Source: an uncultured Candidatus Saccharibacteria bacterium
Lineage (GTDB): Bacteria > Patescibacteriota > Minisyncoccia > Phycocordibacterales > DSPV01
DNA: 64,000 bases
NCBI GenBank assembly: GCA_964616075.1
Contig: CAZTRA010000001.1
Span: 49,599 to 113,598 of the forward strand
Direction of reading: 5' to 3'
Positions 1 through 10,092 of the stretch are shown here, piece after piece. The notes beneath the pieces were generated by a model. It was not told where the DNA came from and ran no database searches. It saw only the letters and a program-made list of their open reading frames with translations. The position numbers and the translations under genes were made by a program. Every line of letters starts with the position of its first letter. Within the stretch, counting starts at the first letter, position 1.

Positions 1-7
1 TCCCTCA

Positions 8-1393
8 TTGGAACAGAAAAAACTCGACGTCGTATCGCTCACGCGATTACTGTCGCAACAACACCACTCGCATAAGTTTGCCGTGTTATTATCATCCCAT
101 CATATTCAAAAGATTTTCCTTGGCTCTATTGCTATTATTTTTTTCTTATCACTCGACACACACGCACAAACAAGTACTTCAACAACGGTTGTAACCGAAA
201 CCCTTGAAACACAGATCGACCAGCGGCGTGCGGAAATTGAAAATCTTGAAAAAGAGATCACAAAAGATCGTGAAGAAATAAACAGACTAGGAACGCAACA
301 AAAAACACTTAATGGTGAAATTAAGTTGCTTGACGTCACAAGAACAAAACTAAATAAAGAGATTTCTATAACGACGAATCGTATCGCAATCACTGATGCT
401 GAGCTTATAGACCTTGAAAATAGTATTGCAGAAAAAGAACGAAAAAAGGATCGCGCCATGCAAACAATAAGTGAAACAATACGACTCCTCCAACAGTACG
501 ATGACCAAACATTTACCGAATCTTTTCTTTCATCTGCATCTTTCTCAGACGCGTGGGAAGATATTGATATGGTCCGATCGTTGCAAGGCGCACTCAAAAA
601 ACATGTTACATCTATCACGATTATTAAAAATGATCTAGAGGGAAAACGGAGTCAGACATCAATAAAACGTGAACAACTTGCCGAACAAAAAGCAACGCTG
701 GCTGACCAAAAATCAGTTGTTGATTACACAACTAAAGAAAAAAATAATTTACTAAAAACAGTAAAAAATAAAGAATCTCAATATCAAAAATTATTACGGG
801 AGAAACTTGCAAAAAAAGAAGCGTTTGAGCGTGAATTGTTACAATTTGAAGCGGAACTCCGTTTTATTACCGACCCTTCAGCTATACCCGCACCACGACC
901 AGGCATGCTGCAATGGCCACTCTCTTCTGTAAAAATTACTCAACAATTTGGAGATACCGCCTTCGCCCGAGCTCATACCAATGTATATAACGGCAAAGGA
1001 CATAACGGTATTGATTTAGGAGCGCCTATTGGTACACCGATCCTTGCCGCAGAAGATGGTGTTATCGAATCCATCGGTGACACTGACGCAGTATGCCCAG
1101 GTGCTTCATACGGAAAATGGGTACTCATACGCCACAAAAACGGTCTCTCTAGTTTATACGCACATCTCTCTATAATAAAAGTAACAACTAATGATACTAT
1201 TTCAGCAGGGCAGACTATCGGATACATTGGCATGACTGGCTACACCACAGGTCCTCACCTTCATTTCACTGTATACGCAACAGAAGGTGTGAAAGTGATG
1301 GATCGACAAAGTAAGGTATGTGGTGGAAGTTATCGCATGCCTATTGCCGACTTACGCGCATACTTAAATCCACTTTTATATTTGCCCACCTAA
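8..1393 (+). CDS. M23 peptidase with long coiled coil (EnvC/NlpD-like murein hydrolase or activator)
   Basis: N-terminal hydrophobic segment, long coiled coil, and C-terminal M23 motifs HNGID, YAHL and TGPHLHF. The true start may lie downstream of 8. Confidence 0.85.
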   Translation: MEQKKLDVVSLTRLLSQQHHSHKFAVLLSSHHIQKIFLGSIAIIFFLSLDTHAQTSTSTTVVTETLETQIDQRRAEIENLEKEITKDREEINRLGTQQKTLNGEIKLLDVTRTKLNKEISITTNRIAITDAELIDLENSIAEKERKKDRAMQTISETIRLLQQYDDQTFTESFLSSASFSDAWEDIDMVRSLQGALKKHVTSITIIKNDLEGKRSQTSIKREQLAEQKATLADQKSVVDYTTKEKNNLLKTVKNKESQYQKLLREKLAKKEAFERELLQFEAELRFITDPSAIPAPRPGMLQWPLSSVKITQQFGDTAFARAHTNVYNGKGHNGIDLGAPIGTPILAAEDGVIESIGDTDAVCPGASYGKWVLIRHKNGLSSLYAHLSIIKVTTNDTISAGQTIGYIGMTGYTTGPHLHFTVYATEGVKVMDRQSKVCGGSYRMPIADLRAYLNPLLYLPT

Positions 1394-1433
1394 TAAAAAT
1401 AAAAGGACTTTACTTGATTTTTTAAAGTAAAAC

Positions 1434-1751
1434 ATGCTCCACAACAACATGAAAGAAGGCCAGCGCGGTTTTATAAAACTCCTTGTGATCATTGTTATTG
1501 CTATTGGCGCGCTGTGGTATTTCAAAATTGATGTACGAGGAATTGTTGGCATCGAATCTGCATATCGGTACAAATACGTCTGGCGTGCACATATCGATAA
1601 TTTTTGGTACGGAATCCAAGTATGGTACGAACATCAATCGAAAAGCAGTAAACCACTCCAATGGTTTCAAGAACGTGTGAATGATGTCATACGGTCACGA
1701 GAAGGAACACCCATACTCATACGCGACACATCATCGACAAACAAAATATAA
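1434..1751 (+). CDS. small membrane protein with prepilin-like N-terminus
   Basis: QRG|FIKLLVIIVIAIGALW resembles a class III signal peptide but lacks Glu5. Confidence 0.55.
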   Translation: MLHNNMKEGQRGFIKLLVIIVIAIGALWYFKIDVRGIVGIESAYRYKYVWRAHIDNFWYGIQVWYEHQSKSSKPLQWFQERVNDVIRSREGTPILIRDTSSTNKI

Positions 1752-1872
1752 AATAAAAGCTCCCGCACGCTTTATATACTATACATGTCGCAAAAGATAT
1801 ATTGTGCGACGTTAAGATATATGTTTATTCCCGCCAAGTGTGAATTCCCTCTTCATTCCATTCATTGCCCAC

Positions 1873-1916
<44 letters not shown>

Positions 1917-1982
1917 TTTTGACCGCCTGCGGCGGAATTCAAGGGATCAAAAGACCCAGGAATTCAAGACCTCAGGGATCGA

Positions 1983-2870
1983 TTACTGCGGGAGGAAGGC
2001 CGACGAGGAACCGCACTCGCCGTAGGTATGGTTTAACCAGCAGGCGTCGAACTTCACCAGGTCGGCGCCGAAGCTGAAGAGCGGCGTGGCCGCGAAGTTG
2101 CCAACGGCCTCCGGAGCGTATTCGTCACCGGCGCAGTTGATGTAGAGATCGTCGCAGTGCATCAGACGCTCAGGGTGAGTGAGCAACATGATCCCAACCG
2201 CGAAGGCGCCGAGTCCGAACTCGTTGGACACGAAGACCTCGCGAGCACGGCGAACGGAGCGTCCCCGATGACGGATGCCGAACTGGGCAGCCACCACGAG
2301 GATGTCGTGATCCTTCTGCTCGTCGCCGAGCGTCTGGAACATCTTCTCCGCCCGAGTCGACTGCTTGAGCCAATCGGGGCCGAGTTCGCCTTCGCACCTG
2401 TTCTTGAACTTGCCGTTGCGCGTCTCACTGATCTTCGCGAGCACCTTCTCCACGGCTCCACCGTAGGTCAAGGCGATCTTTTGCCACTTCGGGATGGCGA
2501 ACCACCCTTCGGCATTCGTCGGGACCGGCCGTTCGGCCAGCTTCTCGTCGGCGAAACCGACGCTCGGGAACAGTTGCCGCAGGATGTTCGTCTGCTCGGT
2601 GATGCCCTTCGGCTTGTAACCGGACAGGTATCTGTAGGTGGATTGCACTTCCTCGTTCTTGAACTTGTCGGAGACCGACAGGTCCTTCAGCGAGGTGATG
2701 GCGGCCGTGCGGATGGCCTCGGCGAATTCGTCGCCGTGTTCGATGACGCGTTGTGCGCCGAATTTGTCGAGGCCGAGCTCAGCGAGAACCTTCTCAATGG
2801 TGTCGGAACCGAACCGGTTGATCTGCTTGACCTGACCGGTCGTTGCTGCTGTCTGAGTAATCGCGTTCAT
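1983..2870 (-). CDS. GC-rich orphan protein resembling CPR DGR variable (target) proteins
   Basis: Visibly more GC-rich than its flanks. The C-terminus DDLYINCAGDEY...FSF...VKFDACWLN...GSSSAFLPQ matches my recollection of Parcubacteria DGR targets. It has its own promoter, AGGAG SD and terminator. Confidence 0.7.
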   Translation of the reverse strand: MNAITQTAATTGQVKQINRFGSDTIEKVLAELGLDKFGAQRVIEHGDEFAEAIRTAAITSLKDLSVSDKFKNEEVQSTYRYLSGYKPKGITEQTNILRQLFPSVGFADEKLAERPVPTNAEGWFAIPKWQKIALTYGGAVEKVLAKISETRNGKFKNRCEGELGPDWLKQSTRAEKMFQTLGDEQKDHDILVVAAQFGIRHRGRSVRRAREVFVSNEFGLGAFAVGIMLLTHPERLMHCDDLYINCAGDEYAPEAVGNFAATPLFSFGADLVKFDACWLNHTYGECGSSSAFLPQ

Positions 2871-2934
2871 TGCGTTATCTCCTTTTGGATTTCCTGAACC
2901 GCTCAGGTAACGGATTGCCTCACCGCTTCCTTAA

Positions 2935-2983
2935 TTCAAAGAGCGTTCTTTAGCAGTAGAACAAACTCATAGGGACTTGTCAA
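2935..2983 (-). promoter_or_regulatory. sigma70 promoter plus boxA-like motif for 1983..2870
   Basis: TTGACA at 2978-2983 and CGCTCTTTGAA at 2935-2945, both on the minus strand. Confidence 0.55.
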
Positions 2984-3070
2984 GTAGTAGGTTTCGTGCC
3001 TAATGCCCTAATTACAATCTGGAATTCCATCAATTTTGCGTGCTCCTTTCTCGTTGTTTTTTTGAATCGT

Positions 3071-3124
3071 CCCTATAATATAAACAAACCCCCGCAACAT
3101 AAGCGGAGGTTTGTTTATATAGGG
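3071..3124. terminator. long hairpin downstream of the SLT gene
   Basis: Inverted repeat ATATAAACAAACC...GGTTTGTTTATAT. Confidence 0.6.
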
Positions 3125-3164
3125 ACCATGGTCGCAAGATCCTTTTCCGTAATCGAAAAAAAGA

Positions 3165-3686
3165 TTAACTCTGATCTGCCCAGCAATGCTGAGAAGCTTT
3201 CCATGGCTTAGAACCTTGTATCTCGTACAAGTAACGGGCGTAGGCCATATTTCCTCGAATCGAATAAATATCAAATCCAAGTTGTGTAGCCCGTTCACTG
3301 TGATATCGTTCGTTGATTTGCATCACACCAACATCACCTGTATTTACTTTGCCGCGTAGAACACTCCCATCTTTGTTATGATGTCTGTAAGAAGACTCAC
3401 AGAAGGCAATCGCAGCAAGCACAGGCGTATCCTCAAAATATGTTTCAACATATTCTTTTCGGAGAGAGAACGGTTTATTTGTATCAAGCGTTGCCACAGA
3501 AACAAATGAGATCTGCTCCTCCGTATCTCGTGATAACTCACGACCATCACCGACAACTTCTACCACACCAAGATCCGCAACCAACGTCGTCGTGCCAACC
3601 ATTAGAGGCATCGCATACGGTGCGGTAGTTGATGCAGACGACGCCACAAACGCGAGACCAACAAACAAATCTTTTATAAAATTCAT
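3165..3686 (-). CDS. lytic transglycosylase (SLT-like) protein
   Basis: Motifs IAFCES, GVMQIN, GNMAYARYLY and PW, plus a signal peptide. Confidence 0.8.
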   Translation of the reverse strand: MNFIKDLFVGLAFVASSASTTAPYAMPLMVGTTTLVADLGVVEVVGDGRELSRDTEEQISFVSVATLDTNKPFSLRKEYVETYFEDTPVLAAIAFCESSYRHHNKDGSVLRGKVNTGDVGVMQINERYHSERATQLGFDIYSIRGNMAYARYLYEIQGSKPWKASQHCWADQS

Positions 3687-3906
3687 AGTATAAAGGTGAT
3701 TAACAAGCGAGAAAGCTTCCGATACCTATAAACGAAAAACCAGAGCCTTGACTCTGATTTACATCTTCAGTATAGCATTTTAAATAAATACTGTCAATAC
3801 TTTTGAGACAAAAAAAAGCATTTATATGCTCTTGTAGAGCCATATAAATGCACACAAAAAAATACCTTTTGTGAAGAGTCGGAAAGGGAGTCTTCTTCCT
3901 TACCCT

Positions 3907-4644
3907 CTATATCGACCGAAAGAGAATCTCAAATTGCTTCCCTTCTCCTTCTGCAAGAGAAAAATCGATGGGACTAAACAAAACGTGTTGATCCGTTACT
4001 GGTAGTGGTTGCAATATATATCGCCCCGGAGGCAAACTGACTTTAAAAACACCGTTTTCTGTTGACTCAACTGTTTTAACGATTGTGTTATCCTGAAAAA
4101 CTCCAAACAAAGCACTGTACGGACGCACACAATCAGACACCCTACCCTCTTGCCTTTTTTCAGCTTCTTCACATGAAACCGTGAGCAACGTAACCCCACT
4201 CACACTTGAAAAAGAATTTCCCTCTTCATATTGGTTAATTAAACTGAGACTGGCAACTTTCTCTTTTTCAAAAAAACTACGGATACCAAACGTATTGGTA
4301 GTATACGCCAAAGCACACACCAACAGAGTCAATATGGCATACAATACGAGTATTTGTGTATTGATACGATGTCGGACAATAATCATTTGGTCGCCATACA
4401 ACCGTTCCCACATTCGAACACCTTGTACTGCACCGACAATAACGCCTAAAGCGACAAAAATAATGTACACATAATCGAATGGATCATTTGAGTTATATAC
4501 GTACCCCAAACCATCAGGTATACCTCCTATGAGAGAGTCAGCTTCAAGAATAGATAAATATGCCAACTCAGCGGACCATGCCACCATTCCGCTAATAATC
4601 ACACTAAGACCAATAAAAAGAAGTATGTAGAGACTTTTTTTCAT
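3907..4644 (-). CDS. multi-pass membrane protein with C-terminal beta-sandwich (carboxypeptidase-regulatory-like)
   Basis: Three hydrophobic segments and NGVFKVSLPPGRYIL. Start chosen at ATG 4644, 7 nt after TGgTACTAT. Confidence 0.65.
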   Translation of the reverse strand: MKKSLYILLFIGLSVIISGMVAWSAELAYLSILEADSLIGGIPDGLGYVYNSNDPFDYVYIIFVALGVIVGAVQGVRMWERLYGDQMIIVRHRINTQILVLYAILTLLVCALAYTTNTFGIRSFFEKEKVASLSLINQYEEGNSFSSVSGVTLLTVSCEEAEKRQEGRVSDCVRPYSALFGVFQDNTIVKTVESTENGVFKVSLPPGRYILQPLPVTDQHVLFSPIDFSLAEGEGKQFEILFRSI

Positions 4645-4679
4645 GAATACTATAGTACCACACAACGATATTTCTTTTT

Positions 4680-5099
4680 TTACTGAAGAGAACCAAAACA
4701 TGCGGCAGATCGTACATATCCTGCCGACTGAGCTGCCGCCTCTGACATAAAAGTAACTCGATTTTCAGGCTTAATCCGACGAACTTGGGCACACCACGGT
4801 AAATAATAAGTCGTCCCCTTTTTGCTCGCCACAACACCCTGATTCTCCACACTGACCGATGAGGTATATACATTAGCGATAAACTCACTATCAGGTGACC
4901 TAGTGACTACTCCCTCCGAAAGAGAGGGTATCGAAAATACTACACGAGCATAATTATCTCGTGCCGAAAGATGTCCCAAGAAAAAAGAGGCAAGTCCTGT
5001 ACCAAGCACTAAAAAAATCATATACCCACGGCCATGAATAGCATTTTTTATTATAAAACCGATAGTCTTGCGCTCTCCATATTCATCATGTATACTCAC
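4680..5099 (-). CDS. membrane-anchored Ada metal-binding-domain protein
   Basis: VVASKKGTTYYLPWC...IKPENRVTF...AGY..C motif. Probable GTG start at 5099. Confidence 0.75.
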   Translation of the reverse strand: MSIHDEYGERKTIGFIIKNAIHGRGYMIFLVLGTGLASFFLGHLSARDNYARVVFSIPSLSEGVVTRSPDSEFIANVYTSSVSVENQGVVASKKGTTYYLPWCAQVRRIKPENRVTFMSEAAAQSAGYVRSAACFGSLQ

Positions 5100-5137
5100 A
5101 ATACTGTCATTATAGCAAGCAAAACAATACTTCTTCC

Positions 5138-5500
5138 ATGGCATCAACAAAATCCGGCGGAACAGCCAAAAACCTAAACGATTCAAACCCAAAATACTTG
5201 GGTATTAAACTATACGATGGCGAATTTGCTAGCGTTGGATCTGTTATTGTTCGACAACGCGGCACGCGTATTTTGCCTGGTAAAAATGTTGGGATGGGCA
5301 AAGACCATACACTGTTTGCCCTTAACCAAGGAATCATCGCGTATGGCCAAAAACGAATGACTCGTTTTGATAACACCACATCAATAAAACGAGTAGTACA
5401 CATAGTTGATGTTGAGGCAAAAAACAAACAAGAAAAGCAAGCTGCAAAAAAACAATCAGAAAAAATTGTTAAACCAACAAAACGTTCCGTTACCTCGTAA
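5138..5500 (+). CDS. rpmA: 50S ribosomal protein L27 with Lys-rich C-terminal extension
   Basis: ASTKSGG..N..DSNPKYLGIK, IVRQRGT and GKDHTLFA. Confidence 0.95.
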   Translation: MASTKSGGTAKNLNDSNPKYLGIKLYDGEFASVGSVIVRQRGTRILPGKNVGMGKDHTLFALNQGIIAYGQKRMTRFDNTTSIKRVVHIVDVEAKNKQEKQAAKKQSEKIVKPTKRSVTS

Positions 5501-5544
5501 CTAAACAAAAAACACCGACTCGTCGGTGCTTTTTGTTTAGTTAC
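5497..5544. terminator. bidirectional terminator
   Basis: About 23-bp stem with one mismatch: GTAACTAAACAAAAAACACCGAC / GTCGGTGCTTTTTGTTTAGTTAC. Confidence 0.75.
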
Positions 5545-5704
5545 ATTGCGATATAATATTTCCCTTCTTCTGAGCAGGTAACAGAGCTTCTAAATCTTCA
5601 TATGTTACATCAGCTGACACAACCGCAATAGAAAAACCTTCCTGCTGCAATAAGTGAGCAAGTGAATCTGTTGGTTCTTTTCTCTGTAGTATACCCTCCT
5701 CCAT
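5537..5704 (-). CDS. 55-aa hypothetical protein
   Basis: Open frame MEEGILQRKEPTDSLAHLLQQEGF... directly behind rplI and ending in the hairpin. Not in the ORF track. Confidence 0.4.
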   Translation of the reverse strand: MEEGILQRKEPTDSLAHLLQQEGFSIAVVSADVTYEDLEALLPAQKKGNIISQCN

Positions 5705-5721
5705 AACACAATAACTCTAAC

Positions 5722-6168
5722 CTACGTGCGTGCGTTAACCTTAATCGTTATCGCACCCTTCTTGCCAGCGACGCTTATATGAATACGATATTCACCAACC
5801 GACTTAATCGGCGTTTCAATAACAATATGTCGCGGCTCAAAGACAACCTTATATATTGAAGCAATTGCGTCAACAATATCCTGCTCATGAACTGCAGCAA
5901 AAAGATGACCTTGCTCATTTGCCTGACGTTCAAGTACCACTTCCTCCCCATTCACTTTTGAGACTTCCTTGGCCACAAGTACTTCAGCAGCTGCACGTTT
6001 TGCCTCATTCTCAGCACGTGCACGCTCAACACGTGCCACAGCAGATGGTGTCGCTGCAATAGCTGCTCCTTGAGGAATAAGTGCATTTAAAGCATATCCA
6101 TCAGCAACTTCTTTAATGTCATGTTTACGACCAACTTTTGCAATATCGTGCATCAATATAACTTTCAT
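5722..6168 (-). CDS. rplI: 50S ribosomal protein L9
   Basis: MKVIL..D...VG...DIKEVADGYALNALIP and PIKSVGEY. Confidence 0.95.
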   Translation of the reverse strand: MKVILMHDIAKVGRKHDIKEVADGYALNALIPQGAAIAATPSAVARVERARAENEAKRAAAEVLVAKEVSKVNGEEVVLERQANEQGHLFAAVHEQDIVDAIASIYKVVFEPRHIVIETPIKSVGEYRIHISVAGKKGAITIKVNART

Positions 6169-6243
6169 ACTGTTTGAAATAACAATTTTCTAACGTATAA
6201 CAGGCTCATCGTAACCCATTTTCAAAGGCTCTACAAATAGTGT

Positions 6244-7539
6244 CTATTTTAAAGGTGTCGTATTCACTGTTTTTGGAATAATACCTTTTTTCAAAAAATC
6301 CACGGCGGCCTCCATTTGAGCGTCAAAACGTTTATCAATATCTTCTTTAGTAAGAGGTATCTCATAATCAGGAACAAGGCCGTTTCCACTAATGGAAACT
6401 CCATTTGGTGTCAACCAACGAGCAATAGTGAGTTTAAGAGCAGTATCTGGAGTGATAGATATTAACTCCTGAACGGACCCCTTGCCAAAAGTTCTAGTTC
6501 CAATAAGTTTTGCTCGACCATGATCACGAAGCGCACCTGCAAAAATTTCAGATGCGGAAGCTGAACCACCATCAACCAATACGACTATCTTTATCGAATC
6601 ACCAAATGCATCATACCCTTTACTCCTGAATATTTCAGCTGTTCCCTTCCCACCACGGTCTTCAGAAACAACCACAGCCCCTTGCGGCAAAAACCAACTT
6701 GCCATTTCAATCGCCGCTTCAAGATACCCTCCAGGATTAGAACGGAGATCAATCACCAACTTATCACTACCAGAGACAATAAAATCACGAAGTGCTTCAC
6801 GGAATTGATCGAGTACCACCCCTGAAAAATTATAAATTCGTATCACAAACACCTTATCATCCCTCAACATACCCTCAACAGTGGGCACTGAAATAGTGTC
6901 GCGTACAATTGAAACTTCAAATGGGTCTTTAATACCTTCACGATACACAGTTAAGCGAACTATCGTACCCTTCTTTCCTCTAATACGCCTGACAGCTTCG
7001 TCTACGGACATACCAGCAGTGACGGTATCATCAATTTTAAGAATTTTATCACCCGTCCTCATTCCCGCTCGCTCAGCTGGATTACCTTTAAGTGGTGCCA
7101 CAACTGTCACAATCGCATCCTTCATGCCAACCTCCATACCTACACCCTCAAACTGACCACTTACCTGTTCTTCAAAATCTTTCTTTTCTACAGGTGGAAA
7201 AAACACGGTATACGGATCATGTAGAGACGCAGCGAGACCCGCAATCGCACCGTACACCTTCTCTTGATCACTCGTTGTTGTAGCGGTAACAACAAATCGA
7301 TCATTGATAACATTCCATGCTTTCCAAAACGCTTCAAAATCAACTACCCCTTCTACGGGCCCATCTTTGTTAATAAGCCCAGAAATAGTATCCTTTTCTG
7401 ATCGAACAGATTTTTGTCCAAATGAATACCCAAGAGCTCCAACGCCAAACAACACACAAAGCGTAATCAATACGAGAGGCAACGTTCGTCCTATCCGAGC
7501 ATGAGAGTCTGTGGCAAAAAACATACGCATAGAGAACAT
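6244..7539 (-). CDS. ctpA: S41 C-terminal processing protease with PDZ domain
   Basis: DLRSNPGG, SASASEIFAGAL, TFGKGSVQ and an N-terminal TM segment. Confidence 0.9.
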   Translation of the reverse strand: MFSMRMFFATDSHARIGRTLPLVLITLCVLFGVGALGYSFGQKSVRSEKDTISGLINKDGPVEGVVDFEAFWKAWNVINDRFVVTATTTSDQEKVYGAIAGLAASLHDPYTVFFPPVEKKDFEEQVSGQFEGVGMEVGMKDAIVTVVAPLKGNPAERAGMRTGDKILKIDDTVTAGMSVDEAVRRIRGKKGTIVRLTVYREGIKDPFEVSIVRDTISVPTVEGMLRDDKVFVIRIYNFSGVVLDQFREALRDFIVSGSDKLVIDLRSNPGGYLEAAIEMASWFLPQGAVVVSEDRGGKGTAEIFRSKGYDAFGDSIKIVVLVDGGSASASEIFAGALRDHGRAKLIGTRTFGKGSVQELISITPDTALKLTIARWLTPNGVSISGNGLVPDYEIPLTKEDIDKRFDAQMEAAVDFLKKGIIPKTVNTTPLK

Positions 7540-7615
7540 TATCGCAGGTAGTAACTTGTCTGGTCAATAAAACGACATATGACGCGTGGTATAATGAGTG
7601 TACAATTTACACCAT

Positions 7616-8530
7616 ATGGTTCACCGTCGTACCTATAAAGACATCGTGTGGATTGATCTGGAATCCCCGACCGCATCTGAAGTGCGGCCGCTCATTAAGA
7701 CTTACAACATTCATCCACTCGTCGCTGATGAACTCATACGTCCCTCACTAAAACCAAAGGTTGATTTCTATGGCGAACACATTTACTGCATCTTGCACTT
7801 CCCAGCTCTCAAGCACAGCCACAATGGATCTCCTGATCAAGAAATTGATTTTGTCATTGGTAAAAATTTTCTCATTACTACCCACTACGACACGATCGAC
7901 CCTTTACACAAATTCTCAAAAATATTTGAAGTAAATTCAACCCTCGACAAAAACACTATGGGTGATCACGCAGGTTACATCTTCTACTACATGCTTAAAC
8001 GTTTGTACCGTTCCGCACACCACGAACTTGAGCGTATCAATACGACACTTCGTTCAATTGAAGAAGCAATATTTAAAGGAAAAGAACGTGACATGGTTAT
8101 TGAGCTATCAAAAATAGCACGTGACATGCTCACGATAAAACGCACACTGGCACTCCATCAAAACGTACTGGCATCACTCCACCAACCGTGCAATATACTT
8201 TTTGGTGCAGAATATGACTTTTACCTTCGTGATATGGAAAGTGAATATACCAAAGTCAATTATGCACTCAATAGCGAATCAGAATTTTTATACGAACTAC
8301 GCAGTACAAATGATTCACTTCTTTCAACAAAACAAAATGAAATAACTAAAACTCTCACACTAATAGCACTTATGGTACTCCCCGCATCCCTCATCGCGAC
8401 AATTTTTTCTATGCGGACAGAGCACCTCCCTATTGTGGGAACCCCCTATGATTTTGTATTAATACTTGGTGTTATGATTGCCGCTGGACTCAGCGCCTTC
8501 CTCATCTTTAAACAAAAAAAATGGCTCTAA
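7616..8530 (+). CDS. corA: CorA-family Mg2+ transporter
   Basis: WIDLESPT, HPL..DE and two C-terminal TMs. The GMN signature appears as SMR. Confidence 0.8.
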   Translation: MVHRRTYKDIVWIDLESPTASEVRPLIKTYNIHPLVADELIRPSLKPKVDFYGEHIYCILHFPALKHSHNGSPDQEIDFVIGKNFLITTHYDTIDPLHKFSKIFEVNSTLDKNTMGDHAGYIFYYMLKRLYRSAHHELERINTTLRSIEEAIFKGKERDMVIELSKIARDMLTIKRTLALHQNVLASLHQPCNILFGAEYDFYLRDMESEYTKVNYALNSESEFLYELRSTNDSLLSTKQNEITKTLTLIALMVLPASLIATIFSMRTEHLPIVGTPYDFVLILGVMIAAGLSAFLIFKQKKWL

Positions 8531-10002
8531 TAGACTTTTTTACTGGTAAAAAGACGTTCAAAAGAGAACCGCCTCGAGGAGATGTGCGGCTCTATAACAC
8601 CAAAACAGGACAAAAGGAACCAGTCTCTGTACTTACGCCACCTACCGTCCGCATGTACAACTGCGGACCGACTGTATATGCGCAGGCACACATTGGAAAC
8701 TTACGGGCCTATGTCTTCGCTGACATCCTAAAACGGACATTACTACAAGCTGGTTTTACTATTGATCAGGTCATAAACATTACCGATGTCGGTCATCTAA
8801 CGTCAGACAACGACGAGGGAGCTGACAAAATGGAAGAGGGTGCAAAAAAGGCTGGAAAATCAGCACGCGAAATTGCCCATACCTACACTGACCTCTTCAT
8901 GAAAGATCTTTCGGCACTCAATATTCTTACTGAGGACATTTCATTTCCAAAAGCAACAGACCATATTGGCGAACAAATCGCCCTCATACAAACTTTAGTT
9001 GAAAAAGGATATACATACAAAACATCAGACGGCATATACTTCGACTCTTCCCTTTTTAAAACATACGGATCACTAGGAGGTATTAATCTCACAGGCATCA
9101 AAGAAGGCGCCCGCGTGGAGAAAAACCCAGAAAAAAAACATCCGACTGATTTTGCGTTGTGGAAATTTTCTACCCCAGAAGAAAAACGTCAACAAGAATG
9201 GTTGTCACCATGGGGTGTTGGATTCCCCGGGTGGCACATCGAATGTTCAGCTATGGCAATGAAATATTTAGGCTCAACATTAGACATACATACCGGCGGT
9301 ATCGATCATATTCCAGTGCACCACAACAATGAGATTGCCCAATCAGAGGCAGCAACAGGCCGTACCTTTGCTCGTTTCTGGCTTCATAGTGAACACCTAA
9401 TGATTGAAGGAAGAAAAATCAGTAAATCGCTTGGAAATACTATTACTATCGACCAACTTATAGATCGAGGTATAAGTCCGCTCGCCTACCGCTACTTCCT
9501 TCTCACCGGACATTACCGCTCAAAAATGAACTTCACATGGGAGGCCCTTGAGGGAAGCGCCGCTGCACTATTTCGCTTACGTAAATACTTTGTCGAACAA
9601 CTTAGTAAGGCAAAAAAACACGCCGAAGTAGACAAAAAAGCCCTAACCACCTTCACGACCTACATGAATGATGACCTAGACACACCTAAAGCAGTAGCTT
9701 TCATGTGGGAGTATGTAAAAAATAACACAATTGACCCCGCAACAAAACGGGCAACACTCTCTACCATGGATGAATGGCTTGGCCTAGGTATCCTTGAGTC
9801 TGATGTCATACTCTCCACAATGCACAACAGCACTGTCCCTACCGAGCAAGACGAGGAAATAAAAACACTCCTGGAAAAACGGGAAACGGCACGCAAGAAC
9901 AAAGACTGGAAAGAGGCCGATAGAATCCGCACATTCATTAATGCAAAAGGCTTTGAGATTATTGATAGTCCGCACGGACAAACACTCGAACCCAAAAAAT
10001 AG
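8521..10002 (+). CDS. cysS: cysteine--tRNA ligase
   Basis: CGPTVY, HIGN, PGWHIECSAM and KISKSLGN. Confidence 0.97.
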   Translation: MALIDFFTGKKTFKREPPRGDVRLYNTKTGQKEPVSVLTPPTVRMYNCGPTVYAQAHIGNLRAYVFADILKRTLLQAGFTIDQVINITDVGHLTSDNDEGADKMEEGAKKAGKSAREIAHTYTDLFMKDLSALNILTEDISFPKATDHIGEQIALIQTLVEKGYTYKTSDGIYFDSSLFKTYGSLGGINLTGIKEGARVEKNPEKKHPTDFALWKFSTPEEKRQQEWLSPWGVGFPGWHIECSAMAMKYLGSTLDIHTGGIDHIPVHHNNEIAQSEAATGRTFARFWLHSEHLMIEGRKISKSLGNTITIDQLIDRGISPLAYRYFLLTGHYRSKMNFTWEALEGSAAALFRLRKYFVEQLSKAKKHAEVDKKALTTFTTYMNDDLDTPKAVAFMWEYVKNNTIDPATKRATLSTMDEWLGLGILESDVILSTMHNSTVPTEQDEEIKTLLEKRETARKNKDWKEADRIRTFINAKGFEIIDSPHGQTLEPKK

Positions 10003-10092
10003 ACTCTTCCACATGTTGGTCACACGTTTTGCACCAAACTCAACCTTCACGCAAGAGACAGGTACGCAGAGCATTGTTACAATACGCAGACG

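Noticed and set aside
2157-2897. 246-aa plus-strand ORF and other overlapping frames
   Set aside because: Antisense shadows of the GC-rich minus-strand gene, which has the SD, promoter and terminator.
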